Of a stretch of DNA of 64,000 nucleotides, positions 17,698 to 28,073 are shown one piece after another. This DNA comes from Acidobacteriota bacterium (GTDB lineage: Bacteria; Acidobacteriota; Vicinamibacteria; Vicinamibacterales; UBA2999). The stretch lies in NCBI GenBank assembly GCA_030650395.1, contig JAUSDY010000171.1, positions 6,554-70,553 on the forward strand, written 5' to 3'. Each line of letters starts with the position of its first letter. The stretch's first letter is position 1. The notes below the pieces were generated by a model. The model had not been told where the DNA came from, did no database searches, and was given only the letters and a program-made list of their open reading frames with translations. The position numbers were made by a program, and so were the translations under genes.

Positions 17698-19043
17698 TGT
17701 TTGGCCCCTCTAGAAGGCATGATCGTCATCACCAGCCGCGTTTCCGGCACGAAGTACTGCTTCGCCGTCCGCTTGCAGTCCTCCAGTGAGACCTTGAGGA
17801 AAGTGTCGTACTCACCGTCGGCGGACGAGATGTCTTTCTGGATCACCTCGGCGTGCCCCAGCTGCGACGCCTTCTCCTTGATCGACAGGCGGCTGACGAT
17901 GTAGTCGCGCGAGAACTGGTTCTTGGCGCGCTGCAGCTCGCGGTCGGTGATGCCGTCGACCTTCAGCTTGTCGAACTCCGCGATCAGCGCCTTCTCCACC
18001 GCCTGTGGCGACTGGCCGGGATTGACGATGGCGACCGCGTAAAAAATGCCGGGCTGCTCCTGGAAGCTGCTGCTACCGAACACGGTCAGGGCGAGCCCGG
18101 TCTCGTAGACCAGCTTGCGGTAGATGCGGGAGGTCTGCCCGTCCGAGAGCGTCTTCGACATCACGAACATCGGGTACGAATCGGGATGGCCGTTGTACGG
18201 CACGTGGTACGCGACCACGACCGCGGGCAGCGGCCATGGCTGCTCGAGCGTCACCCGCTTCTCTTTCTTGTGCGGCGGCTCCTGCGGAATGTCCCGCGGC
18301 ACGGGCGTGGCGGCCTTCGCGACGCGCCCGAAGTACTGATTCACCAGGCTCACCACTACGTCGGTATCGAAGTCGCCGGCGATCAGCAGCGTGGCGTTCT
18401 CGGGTACGTAATAGGTCTTGTAAAAGTCGCGCACGTCGTCGATGGTCGCGGCATTGAGGTCGGTCATGCTGCCGATCACCGGGTACTTGTAGGGGTGCAC
18501 GTCGAATGCGTGGAAGGTGATGAGCTCGTTGAGCAAGCCGAACGGCGGGTTCTCGATGCGCATGCGGCGCTCTTCCTTGACCACTTCGCGCTCCGAGACA
18601 AACGTCTTTTCGTCGATGCGGAGGGTGGCCATGCGGTCGGCCTCCATCCACAGCGCCAGCGGCAGGTATTGGGCCGGCAGCGTCTGCCAGAAGACCGTCT
18701 GATCCTCGTTGGTATAGGCGTTGGCCTGTCCGCCGACCGATGCGACGATCGAGGTGTGCTGTTCGGGCTCGACGTTCTTGGAGCCCTTGAACATCAGATG
18801 CTCGAAGAAATGCGCGAAGCCGGTACGTCCGGGCTTCTCGTTCTTGGAGCCGACGTGATACTGCAGCTCGACGTGCACGATCGGCGTCGACTTGTCTTCG
18901 TGCAGGATGACGACGAGGCCGTTGGGCAGCACCAGCCGTTGGTACTGAAGCTTCGGCGGCCGCACCGCCGCCTGCAGGGGCACCAGCCACAGCACGGTGC
19001 CGAGCGCGATCAGTGCGAACAAGGCGGTCGATACTTTGCGCAT
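17694..19043 (-). CDS. M16 (pitrilysin) family zinc peptidase, catalytic-type subunit
   Basis: HFFEHLMFKGS (HxxEH) zinc motif and signal peptide. Confidence 0.9.
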   Translation of the reverse strand: MRKVSTALFALIALGTVLWLVPLQAAVRPPKLQYQRLVLPNGLVVILHEDKSTPIVHVELQYHVGSKNEKPGRTGFAHFFEHLMFKGSKNVEPEQHTSIVASVGGQANAYTNEDQTVFWQTLPAQYLPLALWMEADRMATLRIDEKTFVSEREVVKEERRMRIENPPFGLLNELITFHAFDVHPYKYPVIGSMTDLNAATIDDVRDFYKTYYVPENATLLIAGDFDTDVVVSLVNQYFGRVAKAATPVPRDIPQEPPHKKEKRVTLEQPWPLPAVVVAYHVPYNGHPDSYPMFVMSKTLSDGQTSRIYRKLVYETGLALTVFGSSSFQEQPGIFYAVAIVNPGQSPQAVEKALIAEFDKLKVDGITDRELQRAKNQFSRDYIVSRLSIKEKASQLGHAEVIQKDISSADGEYDTFLKVSLEDCKRTAKQYFVPETRLVMTIMPSRGAKQ

Positions 19044-19075
19044 CTGTTGTTTCGTTCTTCGTTATTCGTTCTTGG

Positions 19076-20101
19076 TTATTTCGTTTTCTCTTCCAGCGCC
19101 GCGAGGCGTTCTTCCAGACTCTTCAACTGCTTGCGCATCTCGGGCAGCTTACGCACCACGACATGGGCGCGCCGCCATTCGGACGTCTCCATCATCGGAT
19201 GGCCGGACATCGAGACGCCGGCGTCGATCGACGCGATGATTCCCGTCTTCGCGGCCACCTTGACACGGTCGCCGATCGTCAAGTGACCACTGGCGCCGGA
19301 CTGGCCGCCGAACATCACATTGTCGCCGATGATGGTGGTGCCGGCGATCCCGACCTGCGCGGCGAGCAGCGAATTGCGGCCCACCACGACGCCGTGCGCG
19401 ATCTGCACGAGGTTATCGATCTTCACGCCGGACTTGATCCGCGTCTCGCCGATCGCCGGCCGATCGATCGTGGTGTTGGCGCCGATCTCGACGTCGTCTT
19501 CGATCACGACCGGCCCCACTTGGGGAATCTTCTCGTACGAGCCGTCGGGGCGCGGCGCAAAGCCGTAGCCGTCGCTGCCGATCACCGCGCCGTTCTGAAC
19601 CACCACGCGGGCGCCGAGCACGCAGCGCTCGCGGATCGAGACGTGTGCATGCAACACACAGTCGGGCCCGATCATCGATTCCGCGCCGATCACGACGTGG
19701 GGATGAACGACGGTACGCGCGCCGACCCGCGCGCCGCGCTCGATCACCGCGAAGGCGCCGACCGTGGCACTCGGATCGACAACCGCATCCGCGGCGATGG
19801 CTGCGAGCTTATGCACGCCAGGCTCGGGTTTCCGCTCGGGCGATAACACCTGGAGCGCTTTCGCAAATGTCAGGTAGGGAGAGGCGCTGCGAATCACGGC
19901 GCATGGCGCGCCGGCGGCGTCCGCGCCGGCAATCACGGCGCTCGCTTTCGTGGCAGCCAGCGCGGCGGCGTACTTGGACGCGGCGAAAAACGTGACGTCG
20001 CCGGGACCGGCGGATTCGATCTTGGCCACGCGGTGGATCTCGATGCCGGAATCCCCCTCGACGGGGCACTCTAGTCGCCGAGCCAGCTCGCCGAGGGTCA
20101 C
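19076..20101 (-). CDS. lpxD: UDP-3-O-acylglucosamine N-acyltransferase
   Basis: N-terminal LpxD domain ([37 protein letters not shown]) followed by left-handed beta-helix hexapeptide repeats. GTG 20101 gives 341 aa. Confidence 0.9.
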   Translation of the reverse strand: MTLGELARRLECPVEGDSGIEIHRVAKIESAGPGDVTFFAASKYAAALAATKASAVIAGADAAGAPCAVIRSASPYLTFAKALQVLSPERKPEPGVHKLAAIAADAVVDPSATVGAFAVIERGARVGARTVVHPHVVIGAESMIGPDCVLHAHVSIRERCVLGARVVVQNGAVIGSDGYGFAPRPDGSYEKIPQVGPVVIEDDVEIGANTTIDRPAIGETRIKSGVKIDNLVQIAHGVVVGRNSLLAAQVGIAGTTIIGDNVMFGGQSGASGHLTIGDRVKVAAKTGIIASIDAGVSMSGHPMMETSEWRRAHVVVRKLPEMRKQLKSLEERLAALEEKTK

Positions 20102-20114
20102 AAGATCGAGAATA

Positions 20115-20795
20115 TCACGCGGTCGGCGCGCCCATTCGCTCGACCCAGGTCGCCAGACGAGGCAGATGGAGCCGGTTGGCCACCTCGCGGATGGTGCGAT
20201 GGCGGGCCGGCTCCTCCATCGCCAACGCGCTGCGAAGGGCGGCCAGTTCGTCGCTGCATTTGACCTCCCACCGGACGCCGGCCACGCCGTGACGCGCGCC
20301 CCGCCACGACAGAAAATGCCCCACCACCGTGAAGGTAAAGAGGTAGCCGAGGACGTTTGGTCCCGGGATGAGAGCGACCGGGACGGCGAGGATGAGCAGC
20401 AGCGAATGGAGGATGAGCAGCTTGAGATGGCGATCGGCATCGCGCGTCATCGCCACCCGCATCATTGCCTCCGCCGCAACGGTTTCGAGATCGGTCGCGA
20501 TGTAGAGGGTGGCCGCGTCAGCGCTCCGCAAATGCCACAACAGGCGCTGTTCGGCGATGCGCTCGGCGATCCATCGCAGCGATCGTTTGTGAAGCTTTCC
20601 CAGCAGCGTCTTGGGCACTTCCGGTGCGGACTGATGGCGGGCCGCTTCGGCTTCTCGTAGTTGGGCCTGGAAGCGCGCTTTGATGCGTCCGAAGAAGCCC
20701 TGCCCCTCGATCGGCTCCGGCTCCTCTTCATCCGCCGCCTCGTAGTAACACTCGAAGCTGTCGCGGCTGATCGGCACGAGATAAACGTCCATCAC
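20115..20795 (-). CDS. hypothetical membrane protein (two predicted TM helices)
   Basis: Good GC3 bias, acidic N-terminus, hydrophobic pair [20 protein letters not shown] / [15 protein letters not shown]. No recognisable family. 13 nt upstream of lpxD. Confidence 0.5.
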   Translation of the reverse strand: MMDVYLVPISRDSFECYYEAADEEEPEPIEGQGFFGRIKARFQAQLREAEAARHQSAPEVPKTLLGKLHKRSLRWIAERIAEQRLLWHLRSADAATLYIATDLETVAAEAMMRVAMTRDADRHLKLLILHSLLLILAVPVALIPGPNVLGYLFTFTVVGHFLSWRGARHGVAGVRWEVKCSDELAALRSALAMEEPARHRTIREVANRLHLPRLATWVERMGAPTA

Positions 20796-20857
20796 TGATT
20801 AGTGGAGCGTATCAACGATTTCGCGAGTACGAGCATCGTCGCTCTGACAACGTTTTG

Positions 20858-20880
20858 GGGCCGTTCCTACGGAACGGCCC
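20858..20880. terminator. 10-bp perfect hairpin downstream of the nuclease gene
   Basis: gggccgttcc-tac-ggaacggccc. No U-tract on the minus strand, so terminator function is uncertain. Confidence 0.3.
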
Positions 20881-20884
20881 GCTT

Positions 20885-21796
20885 TCACTCTCGAACATAC
20901 ACTCCACTAGAACGTCGAATCGGCCGCGGAGTTCGCGGCCCATCCACCGGGAGGGCGGGCTGGCCGGCCTGTTCCCACGCGCCGATGATGATCGACGCGA
21001 CCGCGGTGATGGCCTCGTTCATCCGGCGCTCGAGCACCGGCAACGTGCCATCGGCGAACGCATCAAAGTAGCCGTCGTCGTAGAATTCGCGGCCGGCCGC
21101 TGCCTTCTGGTCCGACTCGAGCACGTTTTTGGACGCGCGGTTGCTCGCGAGCAGCGTGTCAAAGATGAAGGTGCGCGGATCGGTGATGCCCTTCGGCGCC
21201 GCCGGCGCGATCTTGAGACGGGCGCGGGTCCGGTCGAAGAGCTCGGTTTCCCAGCGTGAGTGCAATCCCTCCTGGCCGGTGAGCTCGCCGTTGTGGTTGA
21301 CCACCGAATGCAGCGGCACGTGCGCGTCGCTCACGTAGTGCGCCAGAATCGCGGAATACAACACGATGTTGTCGACCGCGTAGCCCGGCGCCGGCTTGCG
21401 CTTGAGCGACTCGAACTCGCGCTGCAGCATGCCGTAGAACTCCTGCACGCGCCACGGCAGCAGGCCCTGTGAGTGAACGAACGCCTTGCCAAATTTCTGC
21501 ACCGCGGCGGCGTAATCCCGAGGCAACCCTTCGAAGGGATACGGGCCGAACGCTTCGTGATCCATGTCGAGGAAATGGTTGGGGGGTTCTTCGAGCCATC
21601 CCACGTTGCGCCACAGGTCCGGGTCGATCGAGCGCTCGACGATAAACGCGCGACGCTTCTCGAAGAGCGGCCTCAACTGAGCGGGCAGCAGATCGATCAT
21701 GCGATCGGCGATGAACCTGTGCCCCTCGAACCCCCAGCCGGAGACGGCGGTAGGAATGGCGAGCATGACAGCCAGCAGTAGAGCGGCTACGCGCAT
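20885..21796 (-). CDS. S1/P1-type zinc nuclease family protein (secreted)
   Basis: The mature N-terminus begins WGFEGHRFIA (the WGxxGH signature). Also HFLDMD, HYVSDAHVPLH and HSRWETE, which are metal-ligand-like motifs of the S1/P1 nuclease / PLC-Zn fold. Confidence 0.65.
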   Translation of the reverse strand: MRVAALLLAVMLAIPTAVSGWGFEGHRFIADRMIDLLPAQLRPLFEKRRAFIVERSIDPDLWRNVGWLEEPPNHFLDMDHEAFGPYPFEGLPRDYAAAVQKFGKAFVHSQGLLPWRVQEFYGMLQREFESLKRKPAPGYAVDNIVLYSAILAHYVSDAHVPLHSVVNHNGELTGQEGLHSRWETELFDRTRARLKIAPAAPKGITDPRTFIFDTLLASNRASKNVLESDQKAAAGREFYDDGYFDAFADGTLPVLERRMNEAITAVASIIIGAWEQAGQPALPVDGPRTPRPIRRSSGVYVRE

Positions 21797-21800
21797 GCAT

Positions 21801-22790
21801 TCATTGTATCTGGGTCCTCGATAAGACTCTGACCGCCGACCACCCGCCCAGCCCGACGTTCGCGTAGCGATAATCGTTGAGCCAGATGCCCGACGGTTCG
21901 ACGGCGGCAAATGGCAAGCGTGACCAGGCGAGGTAGGCGCGCGCGAGTGGTGTTTGCAACGCGGGTTGAACGGCGGGGTCGTCGAGGTGCGTGTCGATGC
22001 CAAATCCGGATGGTCGAAAGTGCGGCAGCGGTTCGAACCACACGAGGCCTTTTTCGTAGCGGCCGCCGGCGTCGATCACCACTTCCCGTTTGAACGGGTT
22101 CACCAGCACAGGCGTGACCATGAACCGCGTCGACGCGGGACGCCCCGCGCGCACGAGGCCACCTTGCACCTCAGCGCGCGCCAGCAGGTTCGATCCGAGC
22201 ATCACGGCCATGTAGACCGTCGCGATTGCGACGCCGATTCGCGCCGGTTGCGCCGCGTCGGCGTCGCCGCGTTTCTGGCGTCGTGAGGCCAGCCACCATC
22301 CGAAGCCGAGCGCGAGGTACAGCCAGGGATCGACGATGTACAGGGCATCGCCGTAGAACCAGCGGTCCGAAAACGGCATCAACAGCCGCACGCCGTAGCT
22401 GTTGAGGAAGTCCATGAAGACGTGGGCGAGCACGCCGATATACGCCAGCAGCGCAAGCTCGCCAAACTTCGCAGGGGACAGCCCCTGCCCTGAGCGAGCG
22501 ACGTCGCGCGTTTCGCGCGACGTCGAGAGTCGAAGGGTCCGTTGAAGAACAAGGCGGTCGTAGGCAAGCATCACTCCGGTCAACACCAGCGGCAGCACCG
22601 CTTGCGCCAGCACGCCGTGCGTCCAGCCGCGGCGGAACGACATCACCAGTGTGTTGGTCGCGAAGACCGCGACGTCGATGTCGGGCAGGTTGTTGGCGAT
22701 GACGAGCGTGCTCATGCCGAGCGTCGTGCGCCTGGCCAGGCCGGCTTTGCCGAGCGCCGCGCCCATCAGCGAGTGACAGACGTTATCCAC
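21801..22790 (-). CDS. YdjM-like membrane-bound metal-dependent hydrolase (DUF457)
   Basis: MDNVCHSLMGAALGKAGL N-terminus, multiple TM segments, conserved His/Asp (NLPDIDV, WTHG, HVFMDFLN). GTG start. Confidence 0.7.
   Translation of the reverse strand: MDNVCHSLMGAALGKAGLARRTTLGMSTLVIANNLPDIDVAVFATNTLVMSFRRGWTHGVLAQAVLPLVLTGVMLAYDRLVLQRTLRLSTSRETRDVARSGQGLSPAKFGELALLAYIGVLAHVFMDFLNSYGVRLLMPFSDRWFYGDALYIVDPWLYLALGFGWWLASRRQKRGDADAAQPARIGVAIATVYMAVMLGSNLLARAEVQGGLVRAGRPASTRFMVTPVLVNPFKREVVIDAGGRYEKGLVWFEPLPHFRPSGFGIDTHLDDPAVQPALQTPLARAYLAWSRLPFAAVEPSGIWLNDYRYANVGLGGWSAVRVLSRTQIQ
22474..22537. repeat. flank-conserved/variable-stem element inside the YdjM-like CDS
   Basis: ccctgagcgagc + perfect 11-bp hairpin gacgtcgcgcg-ttt-cgcgcgacgtc + gagagtcgaaggg. 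Translated in frame as ...LRLSTSRETRDVARSGQGLSP... Confidence 0.85.
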
Positions 22791-22801
22791 GAGTCGTAGT
22801 C

Positions 22802-22826
22802 GTAGGGCACCCCTTTATGGGGTGCC
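22802..22826 (+). repeat. GTAG-headed stem-loop (REP-like), GGCACCCC stem
   Basis: Identical to 12794-12818 and preceded by an extra gtcgta duplication. The loop complement supplies the fadD TAA stop (22815-17). Confidence 0.9.
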
Positions 22827-24551
22827 TTTCTTTCTCGCGAGATAGGCCTGCACGGCATCGTCACGCAGGTCTTTGCGCAGCACCTTGCCGACGTTCGACT
22901 TGGGCAGGTCGTCGCGGAACACGACGATGCGCGGGACCTTGTAGCCGGTGAGCGATAGCCTGGCGTGCTGGCGCACCGCGTCTTCGGTCAGCGCCGCATC
23001 CTTCTTCGTGACAAACGCCACGACGATCTCGCCGCACTCGTCGTCCGGCACGCCGACCACGGCGACGTCGCCGACGCCCGGATGCTCGGCGATCACGGCC
23101 TCGACTTCATTGGGATACACGTTGAAGCCGCTCACCAGGATCATGTCTTTTTTGCGATCGACGATCTGGATGTAGCCGTCGGCATCCATCTTCGCGATGT
23201 CGCCGGTGGCGAGCCAGCCGTCGCGAAGCGCGCGCGCCGATTCATCCGGACGCTGCCAGTAGCCCTGCATGACCTGCGGGCCCTTGATCCACAGCTCCCC
23301 GACCTCGCCGAAGGCCACCTCCTTGTTGTCGGCGTCGACGAAGCGGACGTCGGTGCCGGGCACGGGCACGCCGATGGCCTCGCGCTTCGGACGCTGGAAC
23401 GGATTGAGCGTCGCGACCGGCGAGGTTTCGGTCAGGCCGTAGCCTTGATAGATCGGCGTGCCGGTGGCTTTCTCCCAGCGCTCGCCGATCACCGGCACGA
23501 GCGCCATGCCGCCGGCCACCGTGCCGCGCAGCGACCAGTTCTTCTTCGCCATGAACCACGGCTCGTGCATCAAGCCGGCGAAGAGCGTGTTGACGCCGGT
23601 GAACCAGGTGATCGGTTCGGTCGTCATCACCACCTTGAGGTTCGAGAGCGGGCGCGGGCTCGGCACGAGGATGTTGCGCCCGCCGGCGGCGAAGAAAATC
23701 ATCAGGTTCGCCGTGAACGCGAAGATGTGGTACAGCGGCAGCGCCGTGAGCATCACTTCGTTGCCGAGCCGCAGAAACGGCCGCCACATCTCGAGCCCCT
23801 GCATCATGTTGGCGATCAAGTTGCCGTGCGTGAGCACGGCGCCCTTGGCGACGCCGGTCGTGCCGCCGGTGTACTGCAGCGCGGCGATGCTGTTGCGCGT
23901 CAGCGATTCGGCATAGAGCCGCGGGTCCGCACCGGCCGCGATGCGATCGGCGCCCTGCGACAGCGCGCGCTCGAACTTCGTATGCGCGAACGTGATCGGC
24001 GGGACCATTTTCTTGACGTACTTTTGCACCAGCCTGATCAGCGTGCGCTTGATCGGCGGCAGCAGATCGGCGATCGTCAAGACGAGGACAGTCTTGATTT
24101 GCGTCTTCGAGAGGACCTCGGCGACCTTCGGCGCGAACAGGTCGATCACCACGAGGCCGGCGGCGCCACTGTCGGAGAATTGGTGAACCATTTCCGCCGT
24201 GGTGTAGAGCGGGTTGGTGTTCACCATGATCAAGCCCGCTTTGAGCGTGCCGAACACGGCGACCGGGTAGGCCAGGCAATTGGGCATCTGCAGCGCGACG
24301 CGATCCCCGGCCTTGAAGCCGGCGACCTCGCGCAGGTAGACGGCAAACTGATCCGACAGCCGGTCGATCTCGCCGAATGTCAGGCCGCCTTGCGAGCCGT
24401 TGGGCAGCGCAAGGGTAAACGCGGGCTGAGACTGGTAGGTCGCCGCGGCCTCTCGAATCGCCGCCGGCATGTGCGGCCACTTGAGCGGCGGCAGGTCCGC
24501 GGGCGTCGACGGGTGATAGAAGCGGGTCCACGGACGCAAGGGGGTGGTCAT
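22815..24551 (-). CDS. fadD: long-chain fatty-acid--CoA ligase
   Basis: AMP-binding motif LQYTGGTTGVAKGAVLTHGN with FadD-like length and C-terminal domain. ATG 24551 (MTTPLRPW). Confidence 0.85.
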   Translation of the reverse strand: MTTPLRPWTRFYHPSTPADLPPLKWPHMPAAIREAAATYQSQPAFTLALPNGSQGGLTFGEIDRLSDQFAVYLREVAGFKAGDRVALQMPNCLAYPVAVFGTLKAGLIMVNTNPLYTTAEMVHQFSDSGAAGLVVIDLFAPKVAEVLSKTQIKTVLVLTIADLLPPIKRTLIRLVQKYVKKMVPPITFAHTKFERALSQGADRIAAGADPRLYAESLTRNSIAALQYTGGTTGVAKGAVLTHGNLIANMMQGLEMWRPFLRLGNEVMLTALPLYHIFAFTANLMIFFAAGGRNILVPSPRPLSNLKVVMTTEPITWFTGVNTLFAGLMHEPWFMAKKNWSLRGTVAGGMALVPVIGERWEKATGTPIYQGYGLTETSPVATLNPFQRPKREAIGVPVPGTDVRFVDADNKEVAFGEVGELWIKGPQVMQGYWQRPDESARALRDGWLATGDIAKMDADGYIQIVDRKKDMILVSGFNVYPNEVEAVIAEHPGVGDVAVVGVPDDECGEIVVAFVTKKDAALTEDAVRQHARLSLTGYKVPRIVVFRDDLPKSNVGKVLRKDLRDDAVQAYLARKKGTP

Positions 24552-24587
24552 GGTCAGGGGCGCAATTCTTGCACAGGCGATCGGGTT

Positions 24588-25523
24588 ATGACACGAATCC
24601 TTCGACTCGCCCATCGGGCGCGCTTCGCGACGACCCGATGGGCTCGCTCAGGACAGGTCGTTCTCGTGGTCGCGCTGCTGGCCTCAATTACGGCCTGCAG
24701 CAAGGGCGGAACCCCGACCTCACCCACGCCCCCGACACCGGATACACGCACGCAGGCCATTTTTTACACGGCGATCGGCGCCAGCGATGGCCTTGGGGTT
24801 GGCAGTTCCTCGGCTTGCTTTCTGTTCTCAGAATGCCCGGACGGAAAAGGTTACGTTCAGATTCTGCTGGCCCGGCTTCGCGACGGAGGCAGGACCGTCG
24901 GTCACAGCAACCTAAGCATTCCGGGCTCGGTTCTGAGCAAAGCGGTCTTTGACCTGGCCGCGTCGGTGGGGCGGCCTATTGATCAACTGGCCGGTAACTT
25001 CATCGAGCGCGAGGCGCCTTTTGTGCGTCCCGAAACCACGCATGTGACCATTTTCGCGGGCGGTAATGATGCCAACACCATCGCGTTTGCCGCGCGCTCG
25101 CGCGGTGGGTCGGATCCAACGGCGTATGTGAATGATCAAGTTCGTCAGTGGGGCACCGACCTCGAGGATCTGGTCGCCCGTATCCGCAGCCGTGCTCCCA
25201 ACGCGCGCATCGTCGCGCTCAACCTGCCGAACCTGGCGGCGTCGCCGTATCTTGCGGGGAACCCGCCCTCGGAAAAGAGCCTGATGCAGCGCGTCGCGGT
25301 CGGGCTCTCGGATCGCGTGAATGCCCTCACCTCGCGCAATGTGCTCGTCGTCGATCTGATGTGCGACGCGCGCCTCTATCTGTCGTCGAACTACGCCGCC
25401 GACGGCTTCCACCCCAACGACGGCGGCTACGCCGTCTTCGCCGAGCTGGCCTTGCCGGCGTTGCGGGACGGTACGAGCCGAGCGCCGTCAACCACCTGCG
25501 CTCAGCGAACCGTTTTCCCCTAA
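24588..25523 (+). CDS. SGNH/GDSL-family hydrolase lipoprotein
   Basis: Lipobox LLASITAC, block I AIGASDGLG, block III FAGGNDAN, block V DGFHPND. Confidence 0.75.
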   Translation: MTRILRLAHRARFATTRWARSGQVVLVVALLASITACSKGGTPTSPTPPTPDTRTQAIFYTAIGASDGLGVGSSSACFLFSECPDGKGYVQILLARLRDGGRTVGHSNLSIPGSVLSKAVFDLAASVGRPIDQLAGNFIEREAPFVRPETTHVTIFAGGNDANTIAFAARSRGGSDPTAYVNDQVRQWGTDLEDLVARIRSRAPNARIVALNLPNLAASPYLAGNPPSEKSLMQRVAVGLSDRVNALTSRNVLVVDLMCDARLYLSSNYAADGFHPNDGGYAVFAELALPALRDGTSRAPSTTCAQRTVFP

Positions 25524-25530
25524 ACACGCA

Positions 25531-25592
25531 CAGGAGATCAGGAGACCAGGAGTTGTTTTTCAAAAAACCACTCCTGAGCTCCTAGTCTCCTG
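25531..25592 (+). terminator. tandem-word hairpin after the SGNH hydrolase gene (CAGGAGNN octamers)
   Basis: caggagat caggagac caggagtt - gtttttcaaaaaacc - actcctga gctcctag tctcctg, followed by tttgg. Confidence 0.5.
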
Positions 25593-25689
25593 TTTGGTCG
25601 TTTGCCTTAGTGGGTGTACTTGAAATCTTGCACAAAATGCATGATTTCAATTTCACTTTGCAACTTTCGACCTAAATCGACAAGTGTCA

Positions 25690-25705
25690 TGGGTCAGATG
25701 TTGCA
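25690..25705 (+). promoter_or_regulatory. candidate sigma-54 (-24/-12) promoter upstream of glnN
   Basis: TGGgtcagatgTTGCA keeps the invariant GG-N10-GC spacing of TGGCAC-N5-TTGCA and lies about 76 nt upstream of the ATG. The surrounding 25600-25740 is unusually AT-rich, with TGCAC-AAAA-TGCAT at 25629-43. Confidence 0.3.
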
Positions 25706-25780
25706 AAGTGATGCGAGATCCGTGCATACTCGTGCATTCGGCCGCACCTTCCGCGGCCGGCATACAGGAGGGGCCGGTTT

Positions 25781-27958
25781 ATGGGATCCGCAGCACTGGG
25801 CGAGGCAATCAAGGGCATCCGCAGTTGGGCGATGAACGACGGGCGCGTGGCGCACGCGCCGGCGCAGGTCAAAGACATCTTTGGCGCGCGTGTGTTCAGC
25901 GACAAGGTCCAGCAGGCGAGGCTCCCCAAGCCCGCGTACCGAGCGCTGCGCGACACCATCATGCGCGGCGAAGCGCTCGACTCGTCCACCGCTGACGCGG
26001 TGGCATCCGCGCTCAAAGACTGGGCGGTGGAGAACGGCGCCTCGCACTTCACGCATTGGTTCCAGCCGCTGACCGGCATCACCGCCGAGAAGCATGACTC
26101 GTTCTACGGGCCGACCGCCGATGGCCGCGCGCTCGCGGAGTTCAGCGGCAAGGAACTGGTCCGCGGCGAGCCCGATGCCTCGAGCTTCCCGTCGGGCGGC
26201 ATCCGCAGCACCTTCGAGGCCCGCGGCTATACCGCGTGGGACCCGACGAGTCCGCCGTGGCTGCTGGTGCACAACAACAGTGCGACGCTCGTCATCCCGA
26301 CGGCGTTTGTCAGCTGGACGGGCGCCGCGCTCGACAAGAAGACGCCGCTGCTGCGCTCGATGGAAGCGCTCTCGGCGCAGGCCGTGCGCGTGCTGAAGCT
26401 GTTCGGCTCGTCGGCGACCCGCGTCACGGCCACCTTCGGGCCCGAGCAGGAGTATTTCCTGATCGATTCGAACTTCTACTTCGCGCGGCCCGACTTGTTG
26501 AACGCCGGGCGCACGCTGTTTGGCGCACGCCCGCCGAAGGGACAGGAGCTCGAGGATCAGTACTTCGGCTCGATACCGGAGCGCGTGCTCGCCTGCATGG
26601 CGGAGTCCGAAGCCGAGCTCTACAAGTGCGGCGTGCCGATCAAGACGCGCCACAACGAGGTCGCGCCGTCGCAGTACGAGGTCGCCCCGATCTTCGAGAG
26701 CGCCAACGTCGCCACCGATCATCAGATGATGACCATGGAGACGCTGAAGCGGGTGGCGCCGAAGTACGGGCTGGCGTGCCTGCTGCACGAGAAGCCGTTT
26801 GCCGGCGTCAACGGCTCCGGCAAGCACTTGAACTGGAGCATCGGCGACGATCTCGGCAACAACCTGTTGAACCCGGGCGACACGCCGCACTCGAACATGC
26901 AGTTCCTGTTCTTCTGCACCGCGGTGATCCGCGCGGTCGACGTGTGGCAGGGGCTGCTGCGCACCAGCATTGCCCATGCCGGCAACGACCATCGCCTCGG
27001 CGCCAACGAAGCGCCGCCAGCCATTCTGTCGGTCTTCCTCGGCGACATGCTCACCGAGATCTTCGAGCAGGTCGAGAGCGGCGGCGCGAAGAGCACCAAG
27101 CTGGGCGGCATGCTCGACATCGGCGTCGCCGCGCTGCCGAAGCTGCCGCGCGATGCCGGCGATCGCAACCGCACCTCGCCGTTTGCCTTCACCGGCAACA
27201 AGTTCGAGTTCCGCGCCGTCGGGTCGACGCAGAACGTCGCGCTGCCGGGCACATGCCTGAACGTGGCCGTGGCCGAGTCGCTCGACATGCTGGCCACCGA
27301 GCTCGAAGCCAAGCTGGCCAAGGGCGAGGCGCTCGAATCGGCGGTGGCGGCGCTGCTGCGTAAGACGATCAAAGCCCACAAGCGGATCATCTTCAACGGC
27401 AACGGCTACTCCGACGAATGGCAGAAGGAAGCGGGCAAGCGCGGCCTGCTCAACCTGAAGAACACGGTCGATGCGCTGCCCGAGCTGGTCAAGCCGGCCG
27501 TCATCAAGGCCTTCGAGAAATTCAAGGTCCTAACCGGGGCGGAGCTGCACGCCCGCCACGAGATCAACCTCGAAACCTACTGCAAGACCGTCAACATCGA
27601 AGCGCAGCTGATGGTGCTGATCGCCAACCGCTACATCCTGCCGGCCGCGTTCGAGTTCCAGAAGCAGGTCGGGCAGAGCGTCGCGGCCGCCAAAGCCGGC
27701 GGCGTGCCGAGCAAAGAAGGCAAGAAGCACCTGGCGCAGATCGTCAAGCTGACCGATGGCTTCCGCGTGCAGACCGGGCGCCTGGCCGCCGCGCTCGATC
27801 ACAACAGCACCTCGTCCGAGAAACACGCGAAGTACATGCGCGACACGATCGTGCCGGCGATGGCGAAGCTGCGCGACCTCGGCGACCAGATCGAAGTGCT
27901 GATCCCGCATGAGATCTGGCCGTTGCCGACTTACCGTGAAATGCTATTTGTAAAGTAA
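25781..27958 (+). CDS. glnN: glutamine synthetase type III
   Basis: ~725 aa with the GSIII-specific N-terminal region ([20 protein letters not shown]) and catalytic domain ([26 protein letters not shown]). Confidence 0.9.
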   Translation: MGSAALGEAIKGIRSWAMNDGRVAHAPAQVKDIFGARVFSDKVQQARLPKPAYRALRDTIMRGEALDSSTADAVASALKDWAVENGASHFTHWFQPLTGITAEKHDSFYGPTADGRALAEFSGKELVRGEPDASSFPSGGIRSTFEARGYTAWDPTSPPWLLVHNNSATLVIPTAFVSWTGAALDKKTPLLRSMEALSAQAVRVLKLFGSSATRVTATFGPEQEYFLIDSNFYFARPDLLNAGRTLFGARPPKGQELEDQYFGSIPERVLACMAESEAELYKCGVPIKTRHNEVAPSQYEVAPIFESANVATDHQMMTMETLKRVAPKYGLACLLHEKPFAGVNGSGKHLNWSIGDDLGNNLLNPGDTPHSNMQFLFFCTAVIRAVDVWQGLLRTSIAHAGNDHRLGANEAPPAILSVFLGDMLTEIFEQVESGGAKSTKLGGMLDIGVAALPKLPRDAGDRNRTSPFAFTGNKFEFRAVGSTQNVALPGTCLNVAVAESLDMLATELEAKLAKGEALESAVAALLRKTIKAHKRIIFNGNGYSDEWQKEAGKRGLLNLKNTVDALPELVKPAVIKAFEKFKVLTGAELHARHEINLETYCKTVNIEAQLMVLIANRYILPAAFEFQKQVGQSVAAAKAGGVPSKEGKKHLAQIVKLTDGFRVQTGRLAAALDHNSTSSEKHAKYMRDTIVPAMAKLRDLGDQIEVLIPHEIWPLPTYREMLFVK

Positions 27959-27974
27959 GGTCACAGGGGTCCTG

Positions 27975-28070
27975 GAAGGGCTTGGGGGCCTGGGGGCTCG
28001 AGGGCTTGGACGGTCAAGTCCTCAAGCCCTCAAGCCCTCAAGCCCTCTGCGGCCTCAAGCCCTCAAGCCC
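27975..28070. repeat. tandem-word composite palindrome (GGGCTTGR / CCTCAAGC octamers)
   Basis: gaagggcttgggggcctgggggctcgagggcttggac opposes gtcctcaagccctcaagccctcaagccct...cctcaagccctcaagccc. It fills the glnN-GT39 spacer up to 3 nt before ATG 28074. Confidence 0.85.
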
Positions 28071-28073
28071 GCC

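Noticed and set aside
25524-25780. Glutamine riboswitch (glnA RNA motif) upstream of glnN
   Set aside because: I could recognise no sequence resembling the compact glnA-motif pseudoknot. The region is better described as an AT-rich promoter/enhancer area.
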